From: Podarcis vaucheri
Taxonomy: Eukaryota
Assembly (NCBI GenBank): GCA_965113315.1
Contig: OZ220368.1
Length of the DNA: 64,000 nt
Strand: one strand, 5' to 3'
A model generated the notes under the pieces. The model did not search any database. It was not told the DNA's origin and saw only the letters and a list, made by a program, of their open reading frames with translations. The first letter of the stretch is position 1; each line of letters opens with the position of its first letter. Below, piece by piece: positions 12,226-24,413 of this stretch. The position numbers and the translations under genes were made by a program.

Positions 12226-13632
12226 CTATTTTGGTCAGGCAGAGACTCTGGTGTTAAGAGGGATGGGAGTGGACAACAGAAGTGTTGTGTTGTGTTGTGA
12301 GTTAAGAAAGGGAGGGAAGAGGGTGGAGCATTGAGGAAAAGCCTCTTCCTTTGTGGATGCACACCAGCCTTTTGTTAAAAGCAGAGGAGCAAAGCCAGGA
12401 ACAAAGTTGGCAGCCCAGTGCCAGCTCTAGGGTTTTTGTTTGTTTTGGTGGGGCGGAACAGAGGATTTTGGGCAGTGGGCCTCCGCCCAACAAGGGTCTC
12501 CTCCTCACCAGTGTCACTGCTGACCCTGTTTGTCTTCTTCCTTTGGGACCGGACCACCCGGCCGCTCGGGGAGAGAGGGACAAGGCTAGTGGAGCAGCTG
12601 CAACTCATCCCTACTGCTCCTACATGGAAATGGCCAGGTGTAGGACAGTTACACAGCAAGGAGTAAGTGAAGGTGGAGGTCAGCAGTGGGCCTCCTGCCC
12701 CCCTACCCACCATTGCACCCCCTAGGATAGCAGACTCCTCCCATTTTATACAAGGCACTCAGAGGACATTTAACAACCACCAACCCCGGTGATACAGCAA
12801 AGAGTTTTCAGATATGTGATGCACATTCACCCAAAAGCTATTGAGGTAAGCGTTTTTGTTTTCTTTTGTTATCTCTCTCTCTTTTTCTTTTTTTCTGTAG
12901 CAAACACACTAGTTAAGACCATAGAACGGAGAAGAAAAAAATAATGACAACGAGGAACAAACAATTAAAAGACACAGAACGTTACTAGTCACTCGTTTTG
13001 GCTCAAGAGGGCGGCAGATATATATATATTTCGGTTTCGTCTTTTGGTTGGTATTCTCGGTTTGCAATATCCACCACAGTTTTAATACCTACTGGAGCAG
13101 GATATGTGCATACAATGTATTTCAAGTTACCTCACAAACAGTCCCAAGGAAAGAGGTGGCAGAAGACGACAGGAAGGGAGCACCTTAAGCAGCTAGGCAC
13201 ATCAGACTGGGTCTAGAGGGGGGGGGGGTCACGGGTACAAGTTCAAAGAAGTGGTACCCCCCCCCCTTTCAGAAAAAACAAGTAACTAGGGAAACCAGGG
13301 ATCTAAAAAAGGGAAAAGTGACCAAACCCTGGAAGTTTCCTATCACTAGCAATGATTGGATTCCTCCCCCCCCCCTTTTCTAATTTATTTCTTCAGAAAG
13401 GGAGGTTTACTGTTTCTTTTTAATAAGGCACTAAATAGACATGTTACATAAAGGAAAGATACTTTTTTTCTTTTTTAAAAAAGAACTTCTATAAATTCAT
13501 ATACTTTGTACCTTTCGTAGGAAGCAATATTTATTCCTTTTAGTTCACTTAAAAAAAAAAAAGGTAAATCGCAGGTGTCGTAAAGCTATCGTCAAGGAGC
13601 TATGGGTGGGAAAGGCAGGTTACGATGCTGTA

Positions 13633-13679
<47 letters not shown>
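13633..13679. repeat. (AAT)n microsatellite in the 3'UTR
   Basis: Read directly from the sequence. Confidence 0.95.
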
Positions 13680-13680
<1 letters not shown>

Positions 13681-15105
13681 GGTCCAGGAACCTATCGCTA
13701 GGCAAAAACAAAAAAAAGCACAAAAATTCCTTTAAAATGGTGAAAACTTCAAGTTCATCTCTTAGTTGTCTCTATTGTCCTTTTTAAAATATATATAAAT
13801 AGTGTTGCAAATGGTCAGAACTTTAAAAACTGTTCTCTGGTTGGCTGCAGGATTTCTGTTTCCTCCCCCCCTTCTTTCTTCTTCTTCTTCTTCAAGTAAT
13901 AGAAAAGTCGCATAAAAACAAGAGTTATTGCCTTTATATCTTTCATTTATGTTACCTTACTAGTTAGCATCTGGCAGAAAGCAAAATTACACCTCCTTGT
14001 AAAAAATAAAATAAAAAATGGTCACTTGGTACAGTTCCCTCTTCTAACCATTCCCTATTACTCCAACATGGAGCTCTTGCATCCCCCCAGCTTGGTGGAA
14101 CTGTGTAGGCGTGAAGGTTGCCAACTTTTCAACCGGCCATTGCAGCTGTGCCTTTATCAGCAGCTAAGAACACGAGACCAAAAGAGCAGAACCTGTTCCG
14201 CCTCGTTCCAGCTTCCCAAAGTGACCAAATTAGATGCCTCCAAGAATCCCACAAGCAGGGGATTCCTATCAATTGGTATTTAGTAGCGTACTTCGTGTCG
14301 TGCCTAATAGCCGCTGCTAAACCATGGTCTGTGCAGACATGACATGCACACACCAGCAGGCGATCATGTTTGTGTCTCCGTAGAGTTTGAGGGCGGGGAG
14401 GAAAGCTCCACTTGCTAAGTTCTCACCATCGTGCTACTGTTAAAGACAGAAGAACAGGCCAGGCTGGTTTGTTTCCGTAGAGTTGGCAACCTTTGCAGCA
14501 ATAGATTAAAATCTACGCACGAGACAGGAAAAAAGCGTTCCGTTCCCTTATACATGCATCTATTTCTTCCTCTTTCTCTCCATAATTTACGTCTCTCACT
14601 CTCACTCTCTCGCACAGTCAACGTACAAATTCACCATGAAGGTTAAAGCAACTGATCAGGTCTTCTTTTTATACAATATAAAAAAATGTAAACAATAGCG
14701 TTGTAAGACAAAATGCTTTATGAAACAAGAGAACGAGACAACACTCGAAAAGAAAACGATGACATGAGCTGTTTCGAAGAAGGATTAGCGAGCAGAACCT
14801 TGACACAGAAGGATGTTGCAATGGTTAGGTTTTGAGCGAAGGCCAACTTTCGGAAGAGGTAAAGGTTTTGCTTCTAAAGCATTAAGCACAACTCTTCAGC
14901 CTTTAATACATCACAGGAGTCAACATGTTTCCATCTACATTTGTCCACGACCCACTCCCAGCCCCGCCCTAAATCAGAACCAATTTATCTAGAATAAATA
15001 AAGCACAGTTAATGACCAGAGGAAGCTGAGCAAGGCCTGCCAAAATGGCTGCCCTCATCTTTCAGTCTGCAGGTGGGGCACATGGATGGATTGAATCCCA
15101 AAGAC

Positions 15106-15362
15106 CAGGGGTCAGCAAACTTTTCCAGCAGGGGGCCAGTCCACTGTCCCTCAGACCTTGTGGGGGGCCGGACTATATTTTTTGGGTGTGTGTGTGGAAT
15201 GAACGAATTCCAATGACCCACAGATAACTCAGAGATGCCTTTTAAATAAAAGCACACATTCTACTCATGTGAAAACACGCTGATTCCTGGACCGTCCGCG
15301 GCCTGGATTTAGAAGGAGATTGGGCCGGATCCGGCCCCCGGGCCTTCGTTTGCCTACCCATG
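15106..15362. mobile_element. hAT-like MITE within the 3'UTR
   Basis: TIRs CAGGGGTCAGCAAAC / GTTTGCCTACCCATG, with hAT-type GGCCGG/GGCCC subterminal motifs. No clean 8-bp TSD. Confidence 0.75.
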
Positions 15363-16674
15363 GTTGAGGAAACCAGCTGAGACTTTTTATACACTTGGCT
15401 CACCACATAGCTGGGCGAGTGGGTTGTTCTGCAGGCCCAAAAAACTGGGAGCAAAGGAAGACAAGACTCTTGCAACGTTAATACTTGTGTAAACAGAAGG
15501 GGTATCAATGGACCCATGTTCTTGCCCCGACAGAGCAAACTGCACCTGTTCGGCCCTTCTCTTCATTTACACAAGTATTAAATGCACAGGGACCTTATCC
15601 CCATCTGGTCAACCTTCTTTTAAGAGTTTATTCAAAAACTTTATGGAAAATGGAGCTGTCCCAAACCAGGTTTCTACAGAAACATCCATAAGGCAGGTTT
15701 GTGGGATCTCCCTGCTTTTATTGCCTTAACTGACAAAAGAGAGCCAGATTGGTTTGGGGGGGCAGGGGAAATAACCCCAACAATTAGAAGTCATCACCTG
15801 ATCACTAAGAAGAAGGCATTTTAACGACCACTTATGCTTTTATAGTCATCCTGATGTTAGTGAGACGGTAGCAGTAGAAGGGGCCGTTTAAATTGCTCTC
15901 TCAAGGTCTTGGCTTTGCAAAACTCTGTTTAAAGAACACAATGTCTGCGCTCTTCTTAGCTTTGCTCAAAGCAGGGGTTCCCCACCCATTTAAATTTCGG
16001 CCATAGTTCTGCATTTGCCGGCAGGGCCTGTACAATATTTCCATATCAATGAGAGCCAGACAAATCTTGTACCAGGGCAACTGTGAACTCATGCAGGGCT
16101 AACTCTTTGTCGGGGCAAGCTCCAAACTTAGCTTTTTAAAAATATATATTTTTGTCATGCTTCCAATAACCATAAATGGCCAAACAAATGCACAGTCAAT
16201 ATTTTATTTGTTGATTTTTTAAAAAAGTCTTTATTTCCAAGGGAATGTACAAGAGTGGAATCTTGCGCTGACTTAACATCCCTGGGAACAGACATCTGAG
16301 TGCAAAAAGAAGGGAAACTGTCCAATTTCGAAAGGTGTATGCATGAATGTATAAATGACCTCTTTCATCTTTAAGTCGAAATCATACCATACCAGAAAAG
16401 AGAGAGGGTAGTTTATACACATGCATTAAACACCCTTCAGAACAGATACAGTTCCGTGTACATTCTGCAGTCAGGTATCTTGAGGACACCTGTAGTCAGG
16501 CGTCACAGATGTGATGATCAGGTTTGAGACATGGTCAAGTGACTATGGAGAGCAAAAATAGGAAAGTAGGAAAATGTACAAGATGCAGTCTTCACATGAT
16601 GTTCCTTACTGGTCTGTGGCTTTAGTTTTACAGGCATTCCCTCCCTCAATTTCTCTTTTTTAGTCCTTATTTCC

Positions 16675-16762
16675 GCTGCAACCCTATACACATTTACCTG
16701 GGAGTAAGTCACACTCAACTCAGTGCGGCTTACTTCTGAGTAGAAGCATACAGAATTGCCCT
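16675..16762. mobile_element. Short imperfect-palindromic interspersed repeat (~90 bp MITE)
   Basis: Arms gctgcaaccctatacacatttacctgggagtaagtc / ggcttacttctgagtagaagcatacagaattgcc. Related degenerate copies near 56035-56120, 59880-59952 and 60272-60362. Confidence 0.55.
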
Positions 16763-17607
16763 GTTATAAACATGTTTCCCTTAACAGTTTTGTGGTAGAT
16801 GTGATAAGAGGCTTTTGACCAACACAAGCACTGACACATTTATATTAAAAAATAGTGCAAAATTTCAACATTTATATAAATAACTCTAAACCCCTGCTTT
16901 TTTTTGTTTGTTTTTTTGTTTCGCTTTTTTTTACAATGTAATACATGCTCTTTTGAGTCGCCTCACAAAAATTGCCATTTTTTTTAATTCTAGTTCAGAA
17001 AAAAAACACAACAAAAACTTTTCTTCTTCTTTCCCCCCTCATCAATAGTCTCTTCTAATATAAAAATACCTGCTTCCCCAACACACATACAGTTTCTCTT
17101 ATTTTTTTAATATATATTTATATTTATATTTTATATATATATATATATATTGCAGATCTTTAAACAAATGTTTTTGTGCAAATATTTTTGTCTTTTAAAG
17201 TTAAGTGAAATAAACAACAACAACAAAAATATTGTAGCGCCGACACACGCAGCTCAACTAGAAACAAAAACTGGGGCCGGGGGAGGCGCAAAAGGTGGCA
17301 GGTGGGGTGCGGGGGGGGGAGAGAAAAAGGATTGGGTATTTTTCTCTTAAAAAAACCCAAAACAGAACACATACCCCCCCCCAAAAAAAAAACTTTCTAG
17401 ACAGAACTCAACAAAGAAATGTTTTGCAAGCTTGGTTGGCTTGTGCATTGAGACCAAACATAAACATGTAAATATTTATATGGAGACGGGCGTTGCGTTT
17501 CATACACAGTGCCTCCGCCTCTCGATATCTTCCCCCCCCGACCCCCCACCCCACCCCGGTTAACAAGTGCAGAGTGTTTAATATCATTCTCTTTCTCTCG
17601 CTCTTTT

Positions 17608-18159
17608 TTAAAAGGGGTGCCCTTTTTGCTTCTCTTTCTCTTTGTTCCACACTGTTGTGCTCTCAAGGCTGCCGAACTGCGACGAAGGGTGGAGCCTGCC
17701 CCCCTCCAGTATGGCGGTCACCCCGCTGCTGTTCTGTTGGTGCTGGTAAAAGGTCGAACCGGGGAAGTGACCGATCACCTCGCTGTACGTGGGGGGCGGC
17801 CCTTCCATCCGGCCGCTGCTCCCGTAGCAGGTGGCGCTGATGCCAGAGTTGCTGCTGGGGGGCCGGGGGCCCCCGTAAACCGAGCTGTCTATCAGGTCGC
17901 TGTCAAAGATGGTTCGGTTTGGAGGCGCCCGGACAGACTCCCTGTTGAGTTCCATTTGCTGCTCCGGGTCTCGGAGCTGCAGTGTGCACGGCCCCTGGTA
18001 AGGCGGGGGCTCCTCTCCGTCCGACAGAGAGATGGTGGGCGGCAGGTCAATCTCGTGCTGCATGTAAGGGTACGTCGGCTGGAATCTGTTGAAGCGGTCC
18101 CTTTGCAAGAAGGACGGGACGGCAAGCCGGTCCGTAGGCCTCGGCGTGTAGACTTGCTG
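17608..18159 (-). CDS. PMEPA1: PMEPA1 terminal coding exon 4 (cytoplasmic tail with PY motifs and SMAD-interaction motif)
   Basis: Acceptor cttcttgtctccag|CAG. Encodes [11 protein letters not shown]...PPPY (17998-18009)...PPNR (17914-17925)...PPTY (17785-17796)...[13 protein letters not shown] then TAA (17608-17610). The C-terminus is PMEPA1-type. The first 18 aa of the ORF-track entry are intronic. Confidence 0.97.
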   Translation of the reverse strand, partial: QQVYTPRPTDRLAVPSFLQRDRFNRFQPTYPYMQHEIDLPPTISLSDGEEPPPYQGPCTLQLRDPEQQMELNRESVRAPPNRTIFDSDLIDSSVYGGPRPPSSNSGISATCYGSSGRMEGPPPTYSEVIGHFPGSTFYQHQQNSSGVTAILEGGRLHPSSQFGSLESTTVWNKEKEKQKGHPF

Positions 18160-18244
18160 CTGGAGACAAGAAGGGAGACGGGCGTGAGCGTCGCGTTCCA
18201 TGTGTGAGCCCACAAAATCTGGCCTCTGCTAAGTTTCAACTGTG

Positions 18245-18987
18245 TGTTGGGCACAGGTGGTGGGAAGCCCCACAGGAACCCCCAGAGGGGGAAGGCTCAG
18301 GGCCAAGGGGTTGGTGGTAGGACAATGAGGAGAGAGCAGAGGGAGAAGATTGGGAGGAGGGGCTGGGTGCTGAAGGGGCAACAGGGTTTAGTGAGCAGGC
18401 AGAGCCAGTGACAGGCAGCAGTTCAGACTTTGAGGCTGAAGCAGAGGACACAGATAAAGAGGCTGCTGCAGAACCCAAGGACTCCCTCTCCTACTGGTCT
18501 CAAAGAGCATCATGGGTAACAAGAAGGGCAGAACAGAGACCAGAGGTGCACAGACACAGTTTGAGGCTGCTTGGGAAACATCTGGGAAATGTGGAGCCTT
18601 AGAACGGGTAGAAGGGGGGAACCTTCAGTCTTGGCAACTGCAAGAAAGTGGTGTTGGGAATTGTGAAGGGTTGCTGAGCTAGCTGTACAGTGGTACCTCG
18701 GGTTACAGATGCTTCAGGCTACAGACTCTGCTAACCCAGATATAGTACCTCGGGTTAAGAACTTTGCTTCAGGATGAGAACAGAAATCGTGGGCTGGCGG
18801 TGCAGCGGCAGCAGGAGGCCCCATTAGCTAAAGTGGTGCTTCAGGTTAAGAACAGTTCAAGGTTAAAAACGGAGTTCCAGAACGGATTAAGTTCTTAACC
18901 CGAGGTACCACTGTACGCAATTTCCTTGCCTAAAGAGTAAACTTCACTGTCAACTGTGCTGACTTGCCTCTGACTCCAGCCCAGACA
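18245..18987 (+). mobile_element. Solo-LTR-like element in intron 3, interrupted by a MITE
   Basis: TG...CA termini with inverted ends (TGTTGGGC / GCCCAGACA), purine-rich body and an AGTAAA signal near the 3' end. Resembles a lizard LTR family from memory. No TSD identified. Confidence 0.55.
18688..18913. mobile_element. Tc1/mariner-type MITE, family A
   Basis: TA|CAGTGGTACCTCGGGTTA...TAACCCGAGGTACCACTG|TA. Confidence 0.92.
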
Positions 18988-19000
18988 CCAGGCTACTTAC

Positions 19001-19054
19001 CTCTGTTACTCCATTTCCCGACACTGTGCTTTCTGAAGGCCACAAGCTTCCTTC
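19001..19054 (-). CDS. PMEPA1: PMEPA1 coding exon 3 (54 nt)
   Basis: Read manually: ttctttcccattttag|GAA GGA AGC TTG TGG CCT TCA GAA AGC ACA GTG TCG GGA AAT GGA GTA ACA GAG|gtaagt = EGSLWPSESTVSGNGVTE, matching PMEPA1 EGCLWPSESTVSGNG. Phase 0-0, joins exons 2 and 4 in frame. Confidence 0.96.
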
Positions 19055-20024
19055 CTAAAATGGGAAAGAACAGGAAAAGGTTGGATAATTCCTACTGAGC
19101 CGTGCTGCTCCCCCACCTTGCTCAAACTTATTAGCGATTGCTAGTAACAACGGCAAATTCCAGAGAGCCTAACAGTTTCGAAGAGCTGCGCTTGTATGCT
19201 CTGAAGGAGTGTCTCCACCCCCATCGTTCAGCTCTGCAGACAAGGCATGCTGCAACCAGAAGAGGAGGCCGGAAGTGATTTATAGGGAAATGAGATGTTG
19301 CTCCAGATGCTTCCCCCTTCCTTCTGTTTTCATAGGAAATCTTGTCTCAAAAATGTCACACATAAGATATGAGGCTACTCTGGAGTGAAAGATAACCAAT
19401 GCCGGTTTCATATGGAATATTAATTGGCTTGCACCATTTGGGTGATGTAACTAATAAACCAGGCATATTTCAGGAGGCTGCTGTGTGGAGCTAGGGAACT
19501 TGTTGAGTACCTCTGCATCTTAAGTCAGAAAGCACAAAAACCACACGAAAGAAAAATTAGAGGCACACATATAAATGCATCTCCAGATGGTAGCAACAGA
19601 GATAAATTCAAAAGGGCATTGTTAAGCTTCCAGGGAAATGTTATTCTGTTGTGTTCTTTCTCTCTCGCTCGCTTCCTTGGTAAGGTTTCATTTAAAGAAC
19701 AAACAACCATGGCAGAATTATAGATCCACATTTTTTTTAAAAAAAACCTTGTGGTGAGATTTCCCAGTTTAAAAAAAAGAAAGATGGTGCAAACCTCAAC
19801 CCACCTAGATTGCAACTTCTCTTGCCAGGGGCAGCGGTTGCATAAGGAAACTTGGAATTAAGAAAAGGCTTTACAAAGCACTTGATATGCATTTCCAGCA
19901 GCGCTTCCGAAGACAGGGTAGTGCTGTTATCGCCACAGTGAGTTCCATGGCAGAGAGAAGAGCTGAAATGGGGACTTCCTGGTTTGTCACTTGGTCTCTA
20001 AAGTTGCAGGTCTATTGCACCCTT

Positions 20025-20354
20025 AAAAACGTAAAGGTGCCCCTGACCATTAAGTCCAGTCGTGACTGACTCTGGGGTTGTGGCGCTCATTTCGCTTTAT
20101 TGGCCGAGGGAGCCGGCGTACAGCTTCCGGGTCATGTGGCCAGCATGACTAAGCCGCTTCTGGCGAACCAGAGCAGCGCACGGAAACGCCATTTACCTTC
20201 CCGCCGGGAACCTATTTCTCTGCTTGGACTTTGGCATGCTTTCCAACTGCTAGGTTGGCAGGAGCAGGGACCGAGCAACGGGAGCTCACCCCGTCGTGGG
20301 GATTCGAACCGCCGACCTCCTGATCGGCAAGTCCTAGGCTCTGTGGTTTAAGCC
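20025..20354 (-). mobile_element. Sauria SINE (Squam1-type), subfamily 1
   Basis: Reverse complement has a tRNA-like head with B box GGTTCGAATCC, the gctggccacatgacccggaag core and an (ACCTTT)-type tail. Confidence 0.88.
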
Positions 20355-20529
20355 AGTGGGGGCTTGCTTCTGAGTAATTAGCCACACTCCGTGCAATTTG
20401 CATAGAATGGTTAGGTCGGAGATGGGGGACCTGCTAGGGTCTTTGGGTTAGATGGGAGTTGAGGCCAGCAACATTTTGGGAGGCCAGAGGTTCCCCACTC
20501 TTATATAGTAGTAGTAACTGCAGGACATC

Positions 20530-20915
20530 TTTGGGAGAAGAAAAGGTTAAGTAGCAGACCCTTCACTGATCTGGAGTACAGCCCCTAAGACGGTTGGATG
20601 GCGCCTTGTACGCCTCCTTCCAACAACTCCTGCAGCCAAGCTGGTGCCAAACGTCTTGCTCTGCTTTCCGTTGGAGCACATCAATGAGGCCAAGAGAGGA
20701 GTCTTGTCTGGGCAGCTCAGGACCTCCATACACACTGTCCAGGCTTGTGCCCCCAGAGAGGTCACTTTGGTGCTGCTAACACAGCAAAAGCAATGAGGGA
20801 GGGGCAAGTTACTGGTCTTTGCAGCCACGGCAGGCGCTGGGATTCTCCAGCAATTTGACTTGTCCCCCGGGAGGTGCACTTCATTGTCTCTTGAGACAAA
20901 CCGATGCTAACAACT
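20530..20915 (+). mobile_element. Unclassified interspersed repeat (probably retroposon-derived)
   Basis: Resembles a recurrent lacertid repeat ending ...gatgctaacaac, recognised from memory only. Confidence 0.35.
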
Positions 20916-22044
20916 GTGGTTTTATGGTTGCATCTTTTAATGCTCAAGGATTAGCTTGCCCTAAGAAGTGGCCACAAGCCCTCGACTTTGGCTTGTACCA
21001 GCCTTTCATCAGGGTTGGCAACTGGTCCCAAACGGCAACACTTAATTTTCATACAAGATGGGAGGATGGGACCTATTGCTCAGAAGGGGGCAAGTAATTG
21101 CTGCAAACAAGCCGCTTGGAGCAGTCGTCCTTAATCTTTGCAAACAGATTTCATCCGCATATGCCGTTACGGGAACACACTAATTTATTTATTTTTTTCA
21201 CCCTATATTTGTATGGTGGTTGAGCTGCTGTAGTGACCCACCTTAGGTCAGGCTGTATCCCAGCAGCAGATCCCAAACCACCAGTTGAGGACAAATGCGT
21301 TAGAGCAGCATCTGTGTGCTATGCGCAAGAGCAGCGCTGCACACATGGGATTCCTCTTGGCTTAGAGGTCTGCTTGATAACAGTTTACAACACTGGGCAG
21401 AGGAGCGAATCACTCCGAGACATACAAATGCTTATTTTTTCATCATCCCATAGGGCATATTTACTAAGTGGTGAGTGTATCATCACCTTATGCTCACTGG
21501 TTTATATTTAATTTAGCAGTGGGCAATGTCATTGCATTATGCCATCTGCCGCTCCAAAGTCTTCAGGCTGATGTCTGAACACTACTGCGGGGAAAGAGGT
21601 GGATGGAGGCAAGCTGTCCTGCAGCCCCAAAACTGATGCTTTGAAGCATCGACTCCCATCACTCTTAAGATAATCATATGCCTTCTACTGCATACAACAA
21701 CCTTACATTGTTTTTATTCTGGACAAACGGATCCAGATTAAAATGTCCAGAGCCAGCCTTAAACTCTTCACAGCTGAAAAGCAAAAGGTCAAGAGAATGC
21801 CTCTTCATTTATTAATGGATTTTTAGTCTCGTCTATCAAATAAAATTACGCCCAGAAAGCGAGATTGGGGGCCGGAAAAAATGGCCCTCCTGGGCCCATC
21901 TGTGCTCAAAGCAACTGGTTGCCTCGTTTTCTTTCTTTAGCCAACCTGGTGCGCTGCAGACGTTATTTGAAGGCTGCCTAAAATCGTACTTCCAGGGCAT
22001 TTGTGCCCCTGCTACTGGTTGCAGATCTCAGCTGCCGTCGCCCC

Positions 22045-22257
22045 CAGGACCAGCCCAAGATACGCTGCTGCAATGCAAGGCGGTCTCCCCCACCTTCCAT
22101 GTACAAAAGGCAAGCCAACCTGTAGGCGAAGATTTCTTCAACAATGGCAACAAGGAAGCTGAGAACACCAGGGTAAACTCAGTGGGTGCCGGGCAGGCCA
22201 CACACAGTCCTGTCCCTCAGCATCTGCCTCTCTTGACTAATGGGAGGGCCGGCCCTG
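22045..22257. mobile_element. hAT-like MITE
   Basis: TIRs CAGGACCAGCCC / GGGCCGGCCCTG. TSD not preserved. Confidence 0.6.
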
Positions 22258-23086
22258 CTGCTCCACTTCCCAGTCAGCTATGGTGCTAGACTCCTAAGAC
22301 CCTGGTAGTCCATCTGGATGCCATGCTCATGTTCAAGGCCTCTTGTTAAACACCCCACACTTGATTTTTGACCCAACTGAAGAGATAAGGATGTGAGGCT
22401 CCTAAATGCAACACAGCAGCAGCTAACCTTTGGACCTCTAGATGCTACTGAACTACAACTCCCATCATCCCAGACTTACTGGCCATGCCAACAGGAGCTG
22501 ATGGGACTTGGAGTCCAACAACAAATAGAGGGACACAGCTCCCTGCCGAAACATTTGTTCGGGAAGGAGTTGCAGCCAGTCATGTCTCCCTGACAAGCGT
22601 GTTTGAATGGTGCATTCACACTTCACAACTCATTCACACTTTTTAGGTTTATATACATCCACCTAAATAAAATAATGTGAGCTGCAAAGCCATGTGCTCT
22701 TGGTTTTACCCACTAGCTGGAGCTTTGCTGCCCTTTATACGACTGCACCCAACATAAGAAGGCACTGCCTTTATTTAACGGAAAACCAGATTGCAACTCC
22801 TTCATTACTTTCAGATTTTGCACTTTGGAGTGACACATGACAAATAAGCTCCTTCAGTTTCATATTCTGTGGCTAGATCTGCGTATGCTGAAAAACCATG
22901 TGTGTGTCATGGGGAAGCTTTCCCACACAGCTGGGTAGACTAGTATTTTTGTTCCCTGATGTGCTTGGTTTGATCTTGCAGAGCAATTATCAGTGAGCTT
23001 TCAAAAATGGTAATCCCTGTTTGCTGTTTGGAATGCAGCAGGCCACAGTATCACCCCAGTCTACAGCCTCCATTTGCAGCAAGGTC

Positions 23087-23428
23087 AGGTAAAAGGTAAA
23101 GGACCCCTGGATGGTTAAGTCCAGTCAAAGGCGACTATGGGGTTGCGGCACTCATCTTGCTTTCAGGCATAGGGAGCCAGCGTTTGTCCACAGACAGGTT
23201 TCTGGGACACCATGAGAGAAACCAGAGCGCATGGAAACGTCGTTTACCTTCCCGCCACAGTGGTACTTATTTATCTAATTGCACTGGTGTGCTTTCGAAC
23301 TGCTAGGTTGGCAGAAGCTGGGACAGAGCAACGGGAGCTCAGCCCGTCACGGGGATTCAAACCGATGACCTTCTGATTGGCAAGCCCAAGAGGCTCAGTG
23401 GTTTAGACCACAGCACCACCTGCAACCC
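23087..23428 (-). mobile_element. Sauria SINE, subfamily 2
   Basis: Same architecture as subfamily 1, with diagnostic gcgtttgtccacaga and aagcccaag...gtttagaccacagc shared with the copy at 45499. Confidence 0.88.
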
Positions 23429-23931
23429 ACTGCACAGGCTAGACTAGGTGGTTTCACCTAGTCTAGCCTGCTGTAAAGTAACAAAATATTGCCCTAGCTT
23501 TGCAGGCACATTTCAGCACCAGGTTTGCCCAGAGCTGGGGTGGGGAACCTCTTGAGATGACACATCAATTGCTCTGAATATTCATATTGGTTTTTAATTG
23601 TATTTTTATGGCTTCTTTTGTTTCTTATGTCCGCCATATAGTCTCCTATTGCAGTTTGAATTCTGTAGACTTGCAATTGCTACCACAGGTCAAAAAATCA
23701 TTAAGCAGACAGCCAAAACCCTCAGCAATTTTCAGCCGGTCTGTGGCAGAAAACATTTGGGAACTGCTGACCTTACGTGCTGCTGCTGCTACCTGTATAT
23801 TTATCGTTTTAAAAAGAATTATACTGCAGAGTATGATTTTCAGCTGTTATTCTTAATGCATTGTTGCTTTGGGTTTTGTTACCTATTTAACTTGGGAGGG
23901 CTTTCCTCTAGAACAGTGGGATGAGAAATAC

Positions 23932-23932
<1 letters not shown>

Positions 23933-23972
<40 letters not shown>
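23933..23972. repeat. (TTA)n microsatellite
   Basis: Read directly from the sequence. Confidence 0.9.
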
Positions 23973-23974
<2 letters not shown>

Positions 23975-24413
23975 CAGGAGTGGAGTAAGGGGAAGTGCCG
24001 CAACTTCCCTAGTGTACAGTATAGTGCAGTTTCGCCTCTACTAAGTTGTGGAACAGACAGCAAAGCATCATGGGAGCACTGGGGAGGGCCACAGGCCTGA
24101 TCTTAGGCCACAGACAAGCCCATGGTTCCTAAAACTTTCTAGGAGTGTCACAGGACCCTGCTGCACATGACACCATTGCCAGATAGATTGGCCACACTAG
24201 TGGACATTAGAAAAGTTTGCAAGACTATCAGCCCACGTATATTTATATATGGACCGCTCCAAGTGAGATTGGGAGGGATATAAAAACCAGGTCGAAGTCC
24301 TCCCACCATGGCTGTTCCGAAAGCACCCAGGGTCAGCTGGTGAGCACAGCAAACAACATGAACCAGGCAGAGAAGCAGGAAAGAGTTTGGGGAGCCAGAC
24401 ACGGACTACTTAC

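Larger units (their letters stand above)
10155..17607 (-). other. PMEPA1: PMEPA1 3'UTR (~7.4 kb)
   Basis: Runs from the stop codon to a canonical poly(A) site. AU-rich and relatively poor in transposons. Several blocks resemble the human PMEPA1 3'UTR as I recall it. The exact cleavage site is approximate. Confidence 0.75.

Noticed and set aside
17509-18207. 232-aa plus-strand ORF
   Set aside because: Antisense shadow of GC-rich exon 4; non-ATG start and no recognisable homology.
18160-18213. ATG-initiated N-terminal extension of the exon 4 ORF (MGSHMERD...)
   Set aside because: Lies upstream of a clear polypyrimidine/AG acceptor and is intronic.
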